Source: an uncultured Burkholderiaceae bacterium (GTDB lineage: Bacteria > Pseudomonadota > Gammaproteobacteria > Burkholderiales > Burkholderiaceae_C). From it: a stretch of DNA of 33,719 bases. Shown here one piece after another: positions 9,659-19,017 of this stretch. Each line of letters starts with the position of its first letter. Position 1 is the stretch's first letter. The translations under genes and the position numbers were made by a program. The DNA lies in the NCBI GenBank assembly GCA_964485225.1, contig CAZAIR010000001.1, positions 1 to 33,719 of the forward strand. Direction: 5' to 3'. Under the pieces are notes generated by a model. That model did no database searches and was not told the origin of the DNA. It saw only the letters and a program-made list of their open reading frames with translations.

Positions 9659-10014
9659 TAGAAGCGCCCCACCACGGTGGTCACCACGATCAGCCGCGGC
9701 ACGCCGGCGGTGCCAACGATGGCGTCCACACGGCGGAAGTTGGGGTTGGGGGTGCTGCGCACGCTGAGCTGGCCGACAAAGGTTTGGCCCAGTTGCTCGC
9801 ACCCGAACGGGCTGTCGCCCACACCCGGGAACTGCCGGGTGAGGCGGATCTCGGTGAGCTGGTTCTCGGCGCACCACTGCGCGGCGCTGACGAGCTGCAG
9901 CCGCGTCGCGTTGTCGGTCATGGCGCTGGCCGCTTTCAGGCCGGCGCCCAGCGCGATGGCGACGATGGTCAGCGCCACCAGCACCTCGACAAGGGTGAAG
10001 CCACGCGCTTTCAT
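9658..10014 (-). CDS. gspI: Minor pseudopilin GspI
   Basis: RG|FTLVEVLVAL, AQWCAEN.L.E, TPNPNFRRVD. Confidence 0.93.
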   Translation of the reverse strand: MKARGFTLVEVLVALTIVAIALGAGLKAASAMTDNATRLQLVSAAQWCAENQLTEIRLTRQFPGVGDSPFGCEQLGQTFVGQLSVRSTPNPNFRRVDAIVGTAGVPRLIVVTTVVGRF

Positions 10015-10454
10015 CGGGCTTCGCGCTGGATGTCGAAGGCGCTGAGGCCATCGCTGCCCACGTGCACCTCGGCGCCGTTCAGGCGCAGCGTCAGGCTCTG
10101 TGGGGGTAGCAGCGGCTCAGGCCCCAGCGTCAGTGCGCTGGCGTTGCCTGACCAGATCACGGTCGGCGCGTCGCCTTGCCAGCGCTCGGGCAGGCCGTGC
10201 TTGGCGGGCAGGCCCTCGAACTGGAACTGGCTGCTGCCGTCGTCGGCGACACGCGGCCGCCAGCGCACGGGCAGGCCTTGCGTGCGGGCCTCGGCGCGGG
10301 CGCTTTCCAGCAGCGCGCACAGGCGCTCGGCTTCGCGCTCCAGCTGCGTTTGGGCCGGGTCACGGATCGCCAGCGTCGCGGCCGCAGTGACGATGGCCAA
10401 CAAGGCCACCACCACCAGCAGCTCGATCAAGGTGAAGCCGCGCTGGGCGTTCAC
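10011..10454 (-). CDS. gspH: Minor pseudopilin GspH
   Basis: QRG|FTLIELLVVV, LEREAERL.ALLE.AR.EA; lies between gspG and gspI. Confidence 0.88.
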   Translation of the reverse strand: MNAQRGFTLIELLVVVALLAIVTAAATLAIRDPAQTQLEREAERLCALLESARAEARTQGLPVRWRPRVADDGSSQFQFEGLPAKHGLPERWQGDAPTVIWSGNASALTLGPEPLLPPQSLTLRLNGAEVHVGSDGLSAFDIQREAR

Positions 10455-10457
10455 CCT

Positions 10458-10925
10458 TTACTGCCAGGAGCCGATGTCGGCGTCGATGCCCTCGCCGCCG
10501 GTTTTGCCGTCGCGGCCGAAGCTCATCACTTCCACTTCACCAGCGCGGCCGGGAATGGCGTACTGGTAGTCGTTGCCCCAGGGGTCTTTGGGCAGCTTCT
10601 CGATGTACTGCTTCCAGTTCGGCGGCGGGGTGCCCACCGTCGGGCGGCTCACCAGGGCGTTCAAGCCTTGCTCGGCGCTGGGGTAGCGCAGGTTGTCGAG
10701 CTTGTAGAGCTTCAGCGCGTTCATCAAGTTGCTGACGTCGGTCTTGGCGGCGGTCACGCGGGCGTCGTCGGCGCGGTTCAGGACGTTGGGCACGACCAGC
10801 GCGGCCAGAGCGCCAATGATGACCAGCACCACCAGCAGCTCGATCAGCGTGAAGCCGCGGGTCTTCAGGGTTTTGCACATGGGAACAAAGGCCGCAGCAG
10901 GGCGGTGAAACGGGGTGCGGCTCAT
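10458..10925 (-). CDS. gspG: Major pseudopilin GspG (start uncertain: 10925 or 10880)
   Basis: RG|FTLIELLVVLVIIG, LKLYKLDN.RYPS.EQGL.AL, LPKDPWGNDYQY, S.G.DG..GGEG.DADIGSW. Confidence 0.96.
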   Translation of the reverse strand: MSRTPFHRPAAAFVPMCKTLKTRGFTLIELLVVLVIIGALAALVVPNVLNRADDARVTAAKTDVSNLMNALKLYKLDNLRYPSAEQGLNALVSRPTVGTPPPNWKQYIEKLPKDPWGNDYQYAIPGRAGEVEVMSFGRDGKTGGEGIDADIGSWQ

Positions 10926-10939
10926 GATAATCACCCCCC

Positions 10940-11584
10940 ATGTTGCAACGTGTATTCACCGCAGTGGTTTGGGGCTTGGTGGGCTTGACGGCCGTGGGCT
11001 ATGGCCTGCGCTTGTGGCCGGCAGGCGCACCCAGCGCGGCGCCCTTGGTGGGTTTGAACGCGCCCGCGGCGGGCATGGACCCGGCCGCTGCCGACCGCTT
11101 GTTTGGTGCCTTGGCTCCGGTGGCTGCCGCTGTGCCCACCGACAGCCGCTTCAAGCTGCTGGGCGTGGCCGCGCCACGCGCGGTGGCTGCACAAGCCCAC
11201 GAGGGTGTGGCCCTGTTGAGCATTGACGACGGGCCGCCGCGCGCGGTGCGTGTGGGTCAGTGGGTGGATGGCGAGACGCAGTTGCTGGCGGTCACGGCAC
11301 GCACCGCCGACCTGGGCCGCGATGGCGTGGTGCGCGCCCAGCTGCGGCTGGAGCCGCCGCCGGCGGCGGCCACTGGCAGCATGGCGCCGGTAACCGGCAT
11401 CAGCGTGCCGCCACCACCGCCTGTGCCAGCGCCCATGCCAGCACCCACCGCGGGACAGTTGCCGCTGCGGGGCGGCAACCCGTCCGAGGTGCCCATGCCG
11501 GTGCCAGCCCCGGCCGCCCAGGGCGCTGGTGACGAAGCTGGGCCGCAGCGGCCGATGCCCACGCGCGAACAGCAAGCACGCTGA
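10940..11584 (+). CDS. GspC-like protein (TM plus HR-like domain, Pro-rich tail, no PDZ)
   Basis: N-terminal TM, RLFG, FKLLGV, ALLSIDDGPPRAVRVG resembling the GspC HR domain; divergent from gspG; the cluster otherwise lacks gspC. Confidence 0.65.
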   Translation: MLQRVFTAVVWGLVGLTAVGYGLRLWPAGAPSAAPLVGLNAPAAGMDPAAADRLFGALAPVAAAVPTDSRFKLLGVAAPRAVAAQAHEGVALLSIDDGPPRAVRVGQWVDGETQLLAVTARTADLGRDGVVRAQLRLEPPPAAATGSMAPVTGISVPPPPPVPAPMPAPTAGQLPLRGGNPSEVPMPVPAPAAQGAGDEAGPQRPMPTREQQAR

Positions 11585-11608
11585 ACTTCGCGTCAGCCTA
11601 CGGCAAGC

Positions 11609-11995
11609 TCAGGCTACGAATCGTTCCCACAAGGCCCAACCCCAGGTCAGGCCGGCCAGCAGCAAGGTGAACAGCACCGCGGCGCTGCCCAGGTCTTTGG
11701 TGCGGCCCAGCAGGGGGTGGTGCTCGGTGCTGATGGTGTCGGCCAAGGCTTCCAGGGCGGAGTTCAACAGTTCCACCACCCACACCAACAGCACCACGCC
11801 GATCAGTGCCAGCGCCTGCCAGGGGCTGCGCGCCACCCAAGGCACGAGCGCCAGCAAGACCACGCCCAGCGCCAACTCTTGGCGGAAGGCGGCTTCGTGC
11901 TGCACGGCGGCGCGCAGCCCCTGCAGCGAGTAACGGAAGGCTTTGAACACGCGGGCGATGCCGCCGGTGCTCTTTTGCGGGGCGTGCAAGCTCAT
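11609..11995 (-). CDS. dgkA: Diacylglycerol kinase (prokaryotic DAGK)
   Basis: YSLQGL.AA..HEAAFRQE, VELLNSALE, H.L.G..KDLGSAAV; ATG 11995 overlaps the kinase stop. Confidence 0.95.
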   Translation of the reverse strand: MSLHAPQKSTGGIARVFKAFRYSLQGLRAAVQHEAAFRQELALGVVLLALVPWVARSPWQALALIGVVLLVWVVELLNSALEALADTISTEHHPLLGRTKDLGSAAVLFTLLLAGLTWGWALWERFVA

Positions 11996-13299
11996 GCGCA
12001 GGGTCCGAAGTGGAGGGTCACGGCAAAGCCGGTTGGGGTGGCGGGCAGTGCCAGGTGGCCGCCGTGCGCCCGGGCCACCAGGTCGGCCAAGCGCAGGCCC
12101 AGGCCGGGTTCGCTGTCGTCGTCGGCTTGCAAGGCGGTCTGCAAGGTCAGGCGCTCGGCGTCGGGCAGGCCCACGCCGTCGTCGTGCAAGCACAGGCCAT
12201 TCGCGCCATCGGCGGACAGCTGCAGCGTGCGGCCCCCATGGCGCTGGGCGTTGTCGACGAGGTTGAGGAATGCTGCCGCCAACAACTCACCATCGGCCTG
12301 CAGCGGCAGCGGGGGGCCCGGTAGAAGCTGCAGCGGTCCCAGTGGCAGCTCGGCCAGCACCTGGCGGGCGTCCAGCGCTTGGCGGCGCACTTCGGGGGTG
12401 CTGCGGAACAGGCGCAGCAGCGCGACCACCAAGGTTTGCAAGCGCGTGGTGGCGCTGCGCACCTGCAGCAAGCGGGCTTGGCCGGGTTGCTCGCGCAGGG
12501 CCACGGCCAGCTGGGCGTCGATGCCGGCCAGCGGTGTGCGCAGCAGGTGGGCGGCCTGGGCCGTGAAGGCGCGCTCGAAGCGCAATCGGCGCACCAAGCG
12601 GGCGTCCAGGTCCACCAGGGCGTTCACGATGGGTACGAACTCTTCGCGCTCGGCCGGCCCCAGGCTGCGCGTGAAATGGCCGCTGACGGGATCGGGCTCG
12701 CTGGCGGCCAAACGGTCCGACAGGGTGCCCAAGGGACGCAGTGCGCGGCGCGTGTAAGCGAACAGCAGCGGCAGGCCGATGAATGACACCGCCAGCACCG
12801 CCAGGGCGGCGGCCATCGCCACCTCGGTGTGCGCTTCGCGCCGCTCGGCGGTGGACTGGGCCACCAACAGCAGCCGGCCGGTCTGGCCCACGGCTTGGCC
12901 GTAGAGGCGCCACTGTGCGGTGTCGTTGAAGCCGGCTTTGGGCGCCTTTTCCAGCAGCTCATTGGCGTGCACCGGGCCGGCCTGCAGCAGCGGCTGGCCT
13001 TGGGCGTCGAGCAGCAGCCAGCCGTAGTGGCCGACCTGGTTGTCGGTTTGCGTGGGGTCCTCGGCGGCAGCGATGTGCGCGGCCAGTGCCTCGCTGGCGG
13101 GCAAGGGGCCGGCCAGCAAGGGTGCCAGGCCCTGGGCGCTGGCGCGCAGGGTGTCGTCCAGCTGCTCGGCCACTTCTTCTTCCACGGCGGCCAAACCGGC
13201 CACCGACACCGCCAGCACGGCCAGCAGCGTGCCCAGCACGAACAGCCAGCCGAGCTCTCGCACCAGGCTGCGCAGGCGGGGGGTGGGGCGCTCGCTCAT
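11992..13299 (-). CDS. Membrane sensor histidine kinase, QseC/PmrB-like, with atypical H-box
   Basis: Two TM segments; H-box FTAQAAHLLRTPL; N box NLVDNA; G1 DDGVG; G2 GLGL. ATG 13299 is coupled to the regulator stop. Confidence 0.85.
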   Translation of the reverse strand: MSERPTPRLRSLVRELGWLFVLGTLLAVLAVSVAGLAAVEEEVAEQLDDTLRASAQGLAPLLAGPLPASEALAAHIAAAEDPTQTDNQVGHYGWLLLDAQGQPLLQAGPVHANELLEKAPKAGFNDTAQWRLYGQAVGQTGRLLLVAQSTAERREAHTEVAMAAALAVLAVSFIGLPLLFAYTRRALRPLGTLSDRLAASEPDPVSGHFTRSLGPAEREEFVPIVNALVDLDARLVRRLRFERAFTAQAAHLLRTPLAGIDAQLAVALREQPGQARLLQVRSATTRLQTLVVALLRLFRSTPEVRRQALDARQVLAELPLGPLQLLPGPPLPLQADGELLAAAFLNLVDNAQRHGGRTLQLSADGANGLCLHDDGVGLPDAERLTLQTALQADDDSEPGLGLRLADLVARAHGGHLALPATPTGFAVTLHFGPCA

Positions 13300-13964
13300 G
13301 CAGCCCCCCCTGCAGCCACCACCCGGTAGCCCATGCCGCGCTGGGTTTCGATGCTGTCGCGCCCCAGCTTTCGGCGCAGGTTGGCGATGTGGACTTCCAG
13401 GCTGTTGCTGTTGGCCAGCGTGCCATCCACACCCAGCACCAGGTGATCGAGATCGGTCTTGGCCACCCAGCGTCCGGCGCGCCGGGCCAGGGCTTCGAGC
13501 AGCGCCCACTCACGGGCAGTGAGCAGCACGGCCTCTTCGGCCAGCCACACGCCCCGCGTGGCCCACTCCAGCTCAATGCCGCCGCTCAAGCGCAAGCGCC
13601 GGGGTTGGTGGCGGCGCACGCAGGCGTTGAGTCGGGCCGCCAGTTCTTCGGGCGCGAAGGGCTTGACCAAATAGTCGTCAGCGCCGCCGTCCAGGCCTTC
13701 GATGCGGTCGCTCACCAGGTCGCGCGCCGTCAGCATCAAGGCCGGGGTGGTGGCGCCGCGTTGGCGCTGCAGCCGCAGCCACTGCAAGCCTGATCCATCG
13801 GGCAGCTGCCAGTCCACCAGCCAGGCGTCGAAGGGCTCGTTGGCCGCGAGGACTTGGGCTTGAGAAAGCTGCTGGCACCAGTCGACCACATGGCCGTCGG
13901 CGCGCAGGAAGTCGCGCAGGCCCTCGCCCAGCACCAGATCGTCTTCCAACAAAAGTACACGCAT
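13296..13964 (-). CDS. OmpR-family response regulator, QseB/PmrA-like
   Basis: MRVLLLEDD, LVDWQLPDGSG, LTARD, GADDYLVKPF, LTAREW.LLE.L, SNSLEVHIANLRRKLG, IET.RG.GY. Confidence 0.92.
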   Translation of the reverse strand: MRVLLLEDDLVLGEGLRDFLRADGHVVDWCQQLSQAQVLAANEPFDAWLVDWQLPDGSGLQWLRLQRQRGATTPALMLTARDLVSDRIEGLDGGADDYLVKPFAPEELAARLNACVRRHQPRRLRLSGGIELEWATRGVWLAEEAVLLTAREWALLEALARRAGRWVAKTDLDHLVLGVDGTLANSNSLEVHIANLRRKLGRDSIETQRGMGYRVVAAGGAA

Positions 13965-13997
13965 GGCGCACATCATGCCAAGCGGGTTGGCGCGCCG

Positions 13998-14018
13998 GCT
14001 TCAGGGTCGCTTCAGGGT
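13998..14018 (+). promoter_or_regulatory. Direct repeat, putative PmrA/QseB-type binding box
   Basis: GCTTCAGGGT at 13998-14007 and 14009-14018 (11 bp period), between the divergent regulator and eptA; resembles the CTTAAG-N5-CTTAAG PmrA box. Confidence 0.65.
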
Positions 14019-14044
14019 AGGCGGGCTCAATGCAGGCCGTGAGC

Positions 14045-15763
14045 ATGATGAATTCGCCCAGTTCCTCCCCAGATGCAGTGCCAGGCCGCCGGTACAGCGG
14101 CGGCCTGGTGGTCTCCACCGAAACCCTGTTGGCCGTGCTGTGCTGCTACTGGGCCTTGGCGGCCAACCGCGGCTTTCTCGGTGGTGCGCGCCAAGCCCTG
14201 GAGGGGGGCGCGAGCGCGGTGCTGCTGGCCCTGCTCGCCCTGCTGGCCTTGCTGCACTTTTTGTTGCTGGCGCCGTTCATGGCGCGGGCCTGGGCGCGGC
14301 CGGTGCTGGCGGTGTTGGTGTTGGTGGCGGCAGTGTCCAGCCACTACGTGCAGGCTTTGGGCGCAGCGCTGGACCCCGACATGCTGCGCAACGTTTTGCG
14401 CACCGAGTGGACCGAGTCGCGCGAACTGCTCACCGGCTCGATGCTGCTGCACGTGCTGGTGCAGGCGCTGCCGGCTTGGTGGCTGATCAGCCAAGTGCGC
14501 CTGGCACCGCAGCGCAGCCTGTGGCGTGCCGCCTTGCGCCGGGTGCTGTGGTGGGTGGTGGCGCTGGGCTTGTTTGTGGCGCTGCTGATGAGTGTGTTCC
14601 AGCCGTTCTCCAGCCTGATGCGCAACCACAAAGCGCTGCGCTACCAAGTGGTGCCAGCGGCCCCGCTGTGGTCGCTCCCACGCAGCCTGTTCAACGAGGT
14701 CAAAGAGGTGCACCGCGAGCGCACCCCCATCGGCCAAGACGCCCAGCCTGGCCCGAGCTGGGCCACCCAGCAGCGCCCACGGGTGCTGGTGTTGGTGGTG
14801 GGCGAAACCGTGCGTGCTGCCAACTGGGGCCCCCACACCACGCTGGACGGCAGTGCCCGCAACACCGCGCCCCTGACCGGCGCCGACCCCAGCCTGACCC
14901 TGTTCCCGGTGGTGGACACCTGCGGCACCAATACCGAGGTTTCGCTGCCGTGCATGTTTGCGCCTGTGGGTCGGCGTGACTACGACGAAAGCCGCATCCG
15001 GCGCGAGCAATCGCTGCTGCACGTGCTGGCCAAGGCCGGGGTGGGCGTGCGATGGCTGGACAACCAAAGTGGTTGCAAGGGCGTGTGCGATGGCCTGGGC
15101 CAGACCTTCACGCGCGACCTGCCGCTGGCCCCGGGCTTGTGCAAAGACGGCCATTGCCTGGACGACAGCTTGTTGCACGGCCTGGAGACCGACCTGGCGG
15201 CGGCCAGGGGCACACAGATTTGGGTGCTTCACATGCTGGGTAACCACGGTCCGGCCTACCACCGCCGTGTGCCCGAGGGCTTTGCGCCCTACAAGCCCAT
15301 CTGCGCCGTGGACGACCTGGGCCGTTGCAGCCGTACCGAGATCACCAACGCCTTTGACAACGCGCTGCGCCACACCGACGTGGTGCTGGCACGCCTGTGG
15401 CAAAGCCTCCAGGCGGCCAGCCAATCGGGCGGGGTGGACACGGCCATGGTCTTCATCCCCGACCACGGCGAAAGCCTGGGCGAGCGCGGCGTGTATCTGC
15501 ACGGCTTGCCCTATGCCATCGCGCCCAAAGAGCAAACCCAGGTGCCGATGCTGATGGGCTTGAGCGAGGGCTTCCGTGCGGCGCGGGGCTGGTCGGCCAC
15601 CTGCTTGAAGGACTTGCCCCACCGCGTGGCCAAGCCGCAGCACGACCACCTGTTCCACACCGTGCTGAGCTTGCTGGATGTGAAGACGGCGCTGTACGAC
15701 CCGCGCTGGGACATGCTGGCCGCTTGCCCGACGGTGGCAGGTGCTGCGCCGGCCTCGCCATGA
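14045..15763 (+). CDS. eptA: Lipid A phosphoethanolamine transferase (EptA/MCR family); start uncertain (14030/14045/14048)
   Basis: N-terminal TM domain; VVGET.R, CGTNT.VSLPCMF (catalytic Thr), W.DNQSGCKGVC, H..G.HGPAY, DHGESLGE.G.YLHG.PY.IAP.EQT.VP. Confidence 0.93.
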   Translation: MMNSPSSSPDAVPGRRYSGGLVVSTETLLAVLCCYWALAANRGFLGGARQALEGGASAVLLALLALLALLHFLLLAPFMARAWARPVLAVLVLVAAVSSHYVQALGAALDPDMLRNVLRTEWTESRELLTGSMLLHVLVQALPAWWLISQVRLAPQRSLWRAALRRVLWWVVALGLFVALLMSVFQPFSSLMRNHKALRYQVVPAAPLWSLPRSLFNEVKEVHRERTPIGQDAQPGPSWATQQRPRVLVLVVGETVRAANWGPHTTLDGSARNTAPLTGADPSLTLFPVVDTCGTNTEVSLPCMFAPVGRRDYDESRIRREQSLLHVLAKAGVGVRWLDNQSGCKGVCDGLGQTFTRDLPLAPGLCKDGHCLDDSLLHGLETDLAAARGTQIWVLHMLGNHGPAYHRRVPEGFAPYKPICAVDDLGRCSRTEITNAFDNALRHTDVVLARLWQSLQAASQSGGVDTAMVFIPDHGESLGERGVYLHGLPYAIAPKEQTQVPMLMGLSEGFRAARGWSATCLKDLPHRVAKPQHDHLFHTVLSLLDVKTALYDPRWDMLAACPTVAGAAPASP

Positions 15764-16512
15764 CCGGCTCCATCACTTGGCGCGCATGGGTGTGGGGTTT
15801 GGCGGGTCTGATGGCCTGGGACGCCACCGGCGCCGACCTTGAGGTGGCGCGGCTCTTCGGCGATGCCGAGGGGTTTGCCGCCCGCAACGCGTTCTGGGCC
15901 GAGCACGTGCTGCACAACGGGCTGCGCTACGTTGGCATGGTCGTTTTCGCTTGGATGCTGTGGGATTTGGTGCGCCCTTCGGGCTTGGCACAGCCCGGTG
16001 CGCCCACACGCGCCGAGCGGGCTTGGGCCTTGATGGCCACGCTATTGGCGCTGTTGCTGGTGCCGACCCTCAAACACCAGAGCCTGAGCAGTTGTCCTTG
16101 GAGCTTGGCCGAGTTCGGCGGCGATGCCGCAGCGCGGTGGGTGTCGCACTGGGCCTGGGGCGAGCGCGATGGGGGACCCGGCGGTTGCTTTCCCTCAGGC
16201 CATGCGGTGGGCAGCTTCGCCTTTTTGAGTTTGGTGTGGTTGTGGCGGGGGCAGGCGCGCGTGGCGCGCTGGGTGCTCGCTGGGGTGCTGCTGGCCGGGC
16301 TGCTGGGCTCGGTGGCGCAATGGGCGCGCGGTGCGCACTTTGTGAGCCACAGCCTGTGGTCGGCCTACTTGTGCGCGCTCATCACCTACGGTGTGCAGGG
16401 CTTGGGTGTGGCCTGGGTGCGGCGGGGCTCAATTGCTGGGCCGCGTGGCCAGCAAGGCGCGCTGCAAGGTTTGCAGCTGCGCCGCACCCAGGTGGCGGGC
16501 CCCAAGCCGTAG
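15760..16512 (+). CDS. PAP2-family membrane phosphatase
   Basis: ATGA overlap with eptA; LK......CPW, CFPSGHA, RGAHF.SH motifs and several TM helices. Confidence 0.88.
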   Translation: MTGSITWRAWVWGLAGLMAWDATGADLEVARLFGDAEGFAARNAFWAEHVLHNGLRYVGMVVFAWMLWDLVRPSGLAQPGAPTRAERAWALMATLLALLLVPTLKHQSLSSCPWSLAEFGGDAAARWVSHWAWGERDGGPGGCFPSGHAVGSFAFLSLVWLWRGQARVARWVLAGVLLAGLLGSVAQWARGAHFVSHSLWSAYLCALITYGVQGLGVAWVRRGSIAGPRGQQGALQGLQLRRTQVAGPKP

Positions 16513-19017
16513 CAGGAAGTGCAGCGTGTCGCGCAGCCGCTGCCGGTCGCGTGGGTGGTGCAGCTGGGGTAGCGCACGGGCCAAGCGCGCGGGCAGATCC
16601 TCGGCACCGGCTGCGTGGTCACCAGCCATCAACCACCGCGCCACATCCAACGCGGCGGCATCCTGGGCATTGGCGGGTTGGGCTGCGGCCAGCAGCGCAT
16701 GGAAGGGCTGAAGGCGGACCGACCCTGGCCCTGCCCAAAGCCAGCACGCGGTGCACCAGCCGGCCAGGGCCTGCGCGCTAGGCTCGGCATCCCAGGCGCG
16801 GCGGTAAGCCGCCGCCATGGCCTGGATGCCGGGCAATTGCTCGGCCGTGGGCGCCAGCCACAAGCGCACTTGGTGAGCTTGGGCCAGCAGCAGCAGGCGG
16901 CTGGCGCTGGGCGCGCGTTGCTGGAACTCGTGCAGTGCGGCGAGCGCGCCATCCACGCGGGCCAGGGCGCTGGCGGCGTGTGGGCCCTCGGCGGTGGCCA
17001 AGGCCGCCAGCCGCAGGTGGGCTGCGGCGGCGCGCTCAGCCGCCCGCAGCGGCGCTTCGCCATCGGGCGCGCGCAGGCTGCGCTCCAGCCACAGCAGGGC
17101 TTTGGCGTCCAGGCCCGCTTCGCTGTAGCAAAACCCCAAGGCGGCGGCCACATCGCCGCGGGCGCGCCAGCTGCGTGGGCCGCGTCGCAAGGTGTCCCGC
17201 AGGCGTTGGCGCAGGCCGGCGTCCTCGCCGCGGTGGCTGCGCGCGCGCGTGGCTTCGCCCAGGTTCTCCAGGGCGGTGCGCAGCTCCTGTGGCAGAAAGA
17301 ACGGCGTGCTGTCGGCCTTGGGCGGCCGGCTGCGCGCCGCGGGTTGGAGCCGCCAGCTGGGGTCGCCATAGGCTTGGTAGGCGCCCCAAGTGTTCAGTTG
17401 GGGGTGCGCCTGCCAGCAGGCGCGGCGGGCGGTGTGCAGGGCTTGCGCAAATGGTGCCCCCGCCAACAGTGCGCGGTAGAACGGCGTGGCGAAGGCCAAC
17501 GCGGCATCGTCGTGCACCGCCCAGCCAGCGCACACCACGGCGCGCGCGCCCAAGCGGATGAAGGCGGCGCCCAAGGTGGCCGCCAGACGGTGCGGCTGCG
17601 TGTTGCTGGGCCGCGCGTGGGCAGCCCCGATTTGCCCCTGGTGGCAGGCGTTGATGAACACGAACTCAGGCACCCAGCGCAGCTGCGCCACATCGTCTGG
17701 GCTGAGCACCGCGCCGGGGCCGATGGCCAATCCGCTGGGCCTGCCTTCCGCCCCCAGCAGCCCATGGCCGGCCAGGTGCAGCAGGCGCCAGCCCTGGGCA
17801 TGCAGCTGCTGCAGGATTTCCGTGGCCGGCGCATCCACCAGGGCGGTGACCGGCACACCGGCGCGGCGCGCCAGCGCGGCGGTGGCCTCGGCCTCGCTGC
17901 GCGCGCCGGGCAGCTCGGGCAGCTGCAGCCAGCCTTGCAGGTCAGGGTGGCCGATCACCAGCAGCTGTGTGTCGGGCGCGGTTTGCGGCTGCGCGCGGAA
18001 GCTGTCGGCGCGCAGTTGGCGCAGCAAGGGGCGTTGCACTGCGGGCGGCTCGCCGCCGCCTTCTGGCTGCAGCATCTCCCAGGGAAAACGGGCGGCGGCT
18101 TCGTCGAGTAGCAGCAGGCGATCGCGTGCTTGCGGCGTGGCTTGGCGCAGTGGTGCGGGTAGCAGCAGCTCGGTCAAGGTGCGCTGAAGCAGCGGGTCGG
18201 TCTCGACGCTGCCCACGCAGCGCTGCACAAAGTCGTCGGCCAGCGTGAGCTGACCCTGGGTGTGCAGCGCTTCGGCGCGGGCGCGCTCGCCCAGGGCCAC
18301 GAAGCGCAGGCGGTCCAGCGGTGCTTCGGTGGTCTGCTCGATGACCCAACGCTGCCACCAGTGCGGGTCGGGGGCGTATTGCCGGCGCTTGCGGTGGCCT
18401 TCGGCGGTTTCGATCGCGCGGGGCGTCCATTGCACGCGCTGACGCCACGGGGCTTGCTGCACCAGGCTGTGCATCGCGTGGGCGGCGGCCAGGGCGGCGT
18501 CTTCAAACAGCGTCAACAGGCGCAGGGTGGTGAAGGGGGCATGGCCCTGCTGCACCAACACGCGGTTGGCGGCCAGGGTGGCTGTCACGGCAGCCTCAAT
18601 GGCCTCGCTGCTGCGCAGCTGACCGTCGCCGGTGCCGATCAGCAAGCAGGCCACTTCCCGTGCTGTTTGGGCCTGGGCCATGGCCAGCAAGGTTTGCTGC
18701 AGGCTGTCGCGCAAGGTATCCAAGGTGAGGGTGGCCACCTCGCCCAAACCGGCGACGGCCACGTGCGGTGGGCAGGCGCCCGCCACGTCGTTGGCCAGCA
18801 CGGCGTGGCTACCCAGGGCGCCCGGATACAGGCCCAAACGGTGCAGGCGGCTGAGAGGGCCGGCCTTGTGTGCAGGGCCCCGCAGGCGTTCGTCGAGCTG
18901 CGCTTCGGCGCTCACCAGGGTGTCACCTTGGTAGTGCCCGAGCAGCACCGGCTGCGCCGCGAAACGGGCGTCGCCGTGGAGCAAACGCAGGCGTAGGCGC
19001 ACGGGAGCGGCCCTCAA
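16429..19017 (-). CDS. CHAT-domain (caspase/HetF-like) protease with N-terminal accessory domain and C-terminal TPR-like helical region
   Basis: CHAT motifs [31 protein letters not shown] (His 17764-17766), VFINACH.G (Cys 17644-17646), AF...GA..V...W.V.D..A..F...FY..L, A...AR, W.AYQ.YGDP; TTG start overlaps the metacaspase stop (TTGA). Confidence 0.85.
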   Translation of the reverse strand: MRAAPVRLRLRLLHGDARFAAQPVLLGHYQGDTLVSAEAQLDERLRGPAHKAGPLSRLHRLGLYPGALGSHAVLANDVAGACPPHVAVAGLGEVATLTLDTLRDSLQQTLLAMAQAQTAREVACLLIGTGDGQLRSSEAIEAAVTATLAANRVLVQQGHAPFTTLRLLTLFEDAALAAAHAMHSLVQQAPWRQRVQWTPRAIETAEGHRKRRQYAPDPHWWQRWVIEQTTEAPLDRLRFVALGERARAEALHTQGQLTLADDFVQRCVGSVETDPLLQRTLTELLLPAPLRQATPQARDRLLLLDEAAARFPWEMLQPEGGGEPPAVQRPLLRQLRADSFRAQPQTAPDTQLLVIGHPDLQGWLQLPELPGARSEAEATAALARRAGVPVTALVDAPATEILQQLHAQGWRLLHLAGHGLLGAEGRPSGLAIGPGAVLSPDDVAQLRWVPEFVFINACHQGQIGAAHARPSNTQPHRLAATLGAAFIRLGARAVVCAGWAVHDDAALAFATPFYRALLAGAPFAQALHTARRACWQAHPQLNTWGAYQAYGDPSWRLQPAARSRPPKADSTPFFLPQELRTALENLGEATRARSHRGEDAGLRQRLRDTLRRGPRSWRARGDVAAALGFCYSEAGLDAKALLWLERSLRAPDGEAPLRAAERAAAAHLRLAALATAEGPHAASALARVDGALAALHEFQQRAPSASRLLLLAQAHQVRLWLAPTAEQLPGIQAMAAAYRRAWDAEPSAQALAGWCTACWLWAGPGSVRLQPFHALLAAAQPANAQDAAALDVARWLMAGDHAAGAEDLPARLARALPQLHHPRDRQRLRDTLHFLLRLGARHLGAAQLQTLQRALLATRPSN

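Noticed and set aside
14045-15763. Calling the gene an mcr allele
   Set aside because: Identity cannot be computed here; the context is chromosomal with no IS or plasmid genes.
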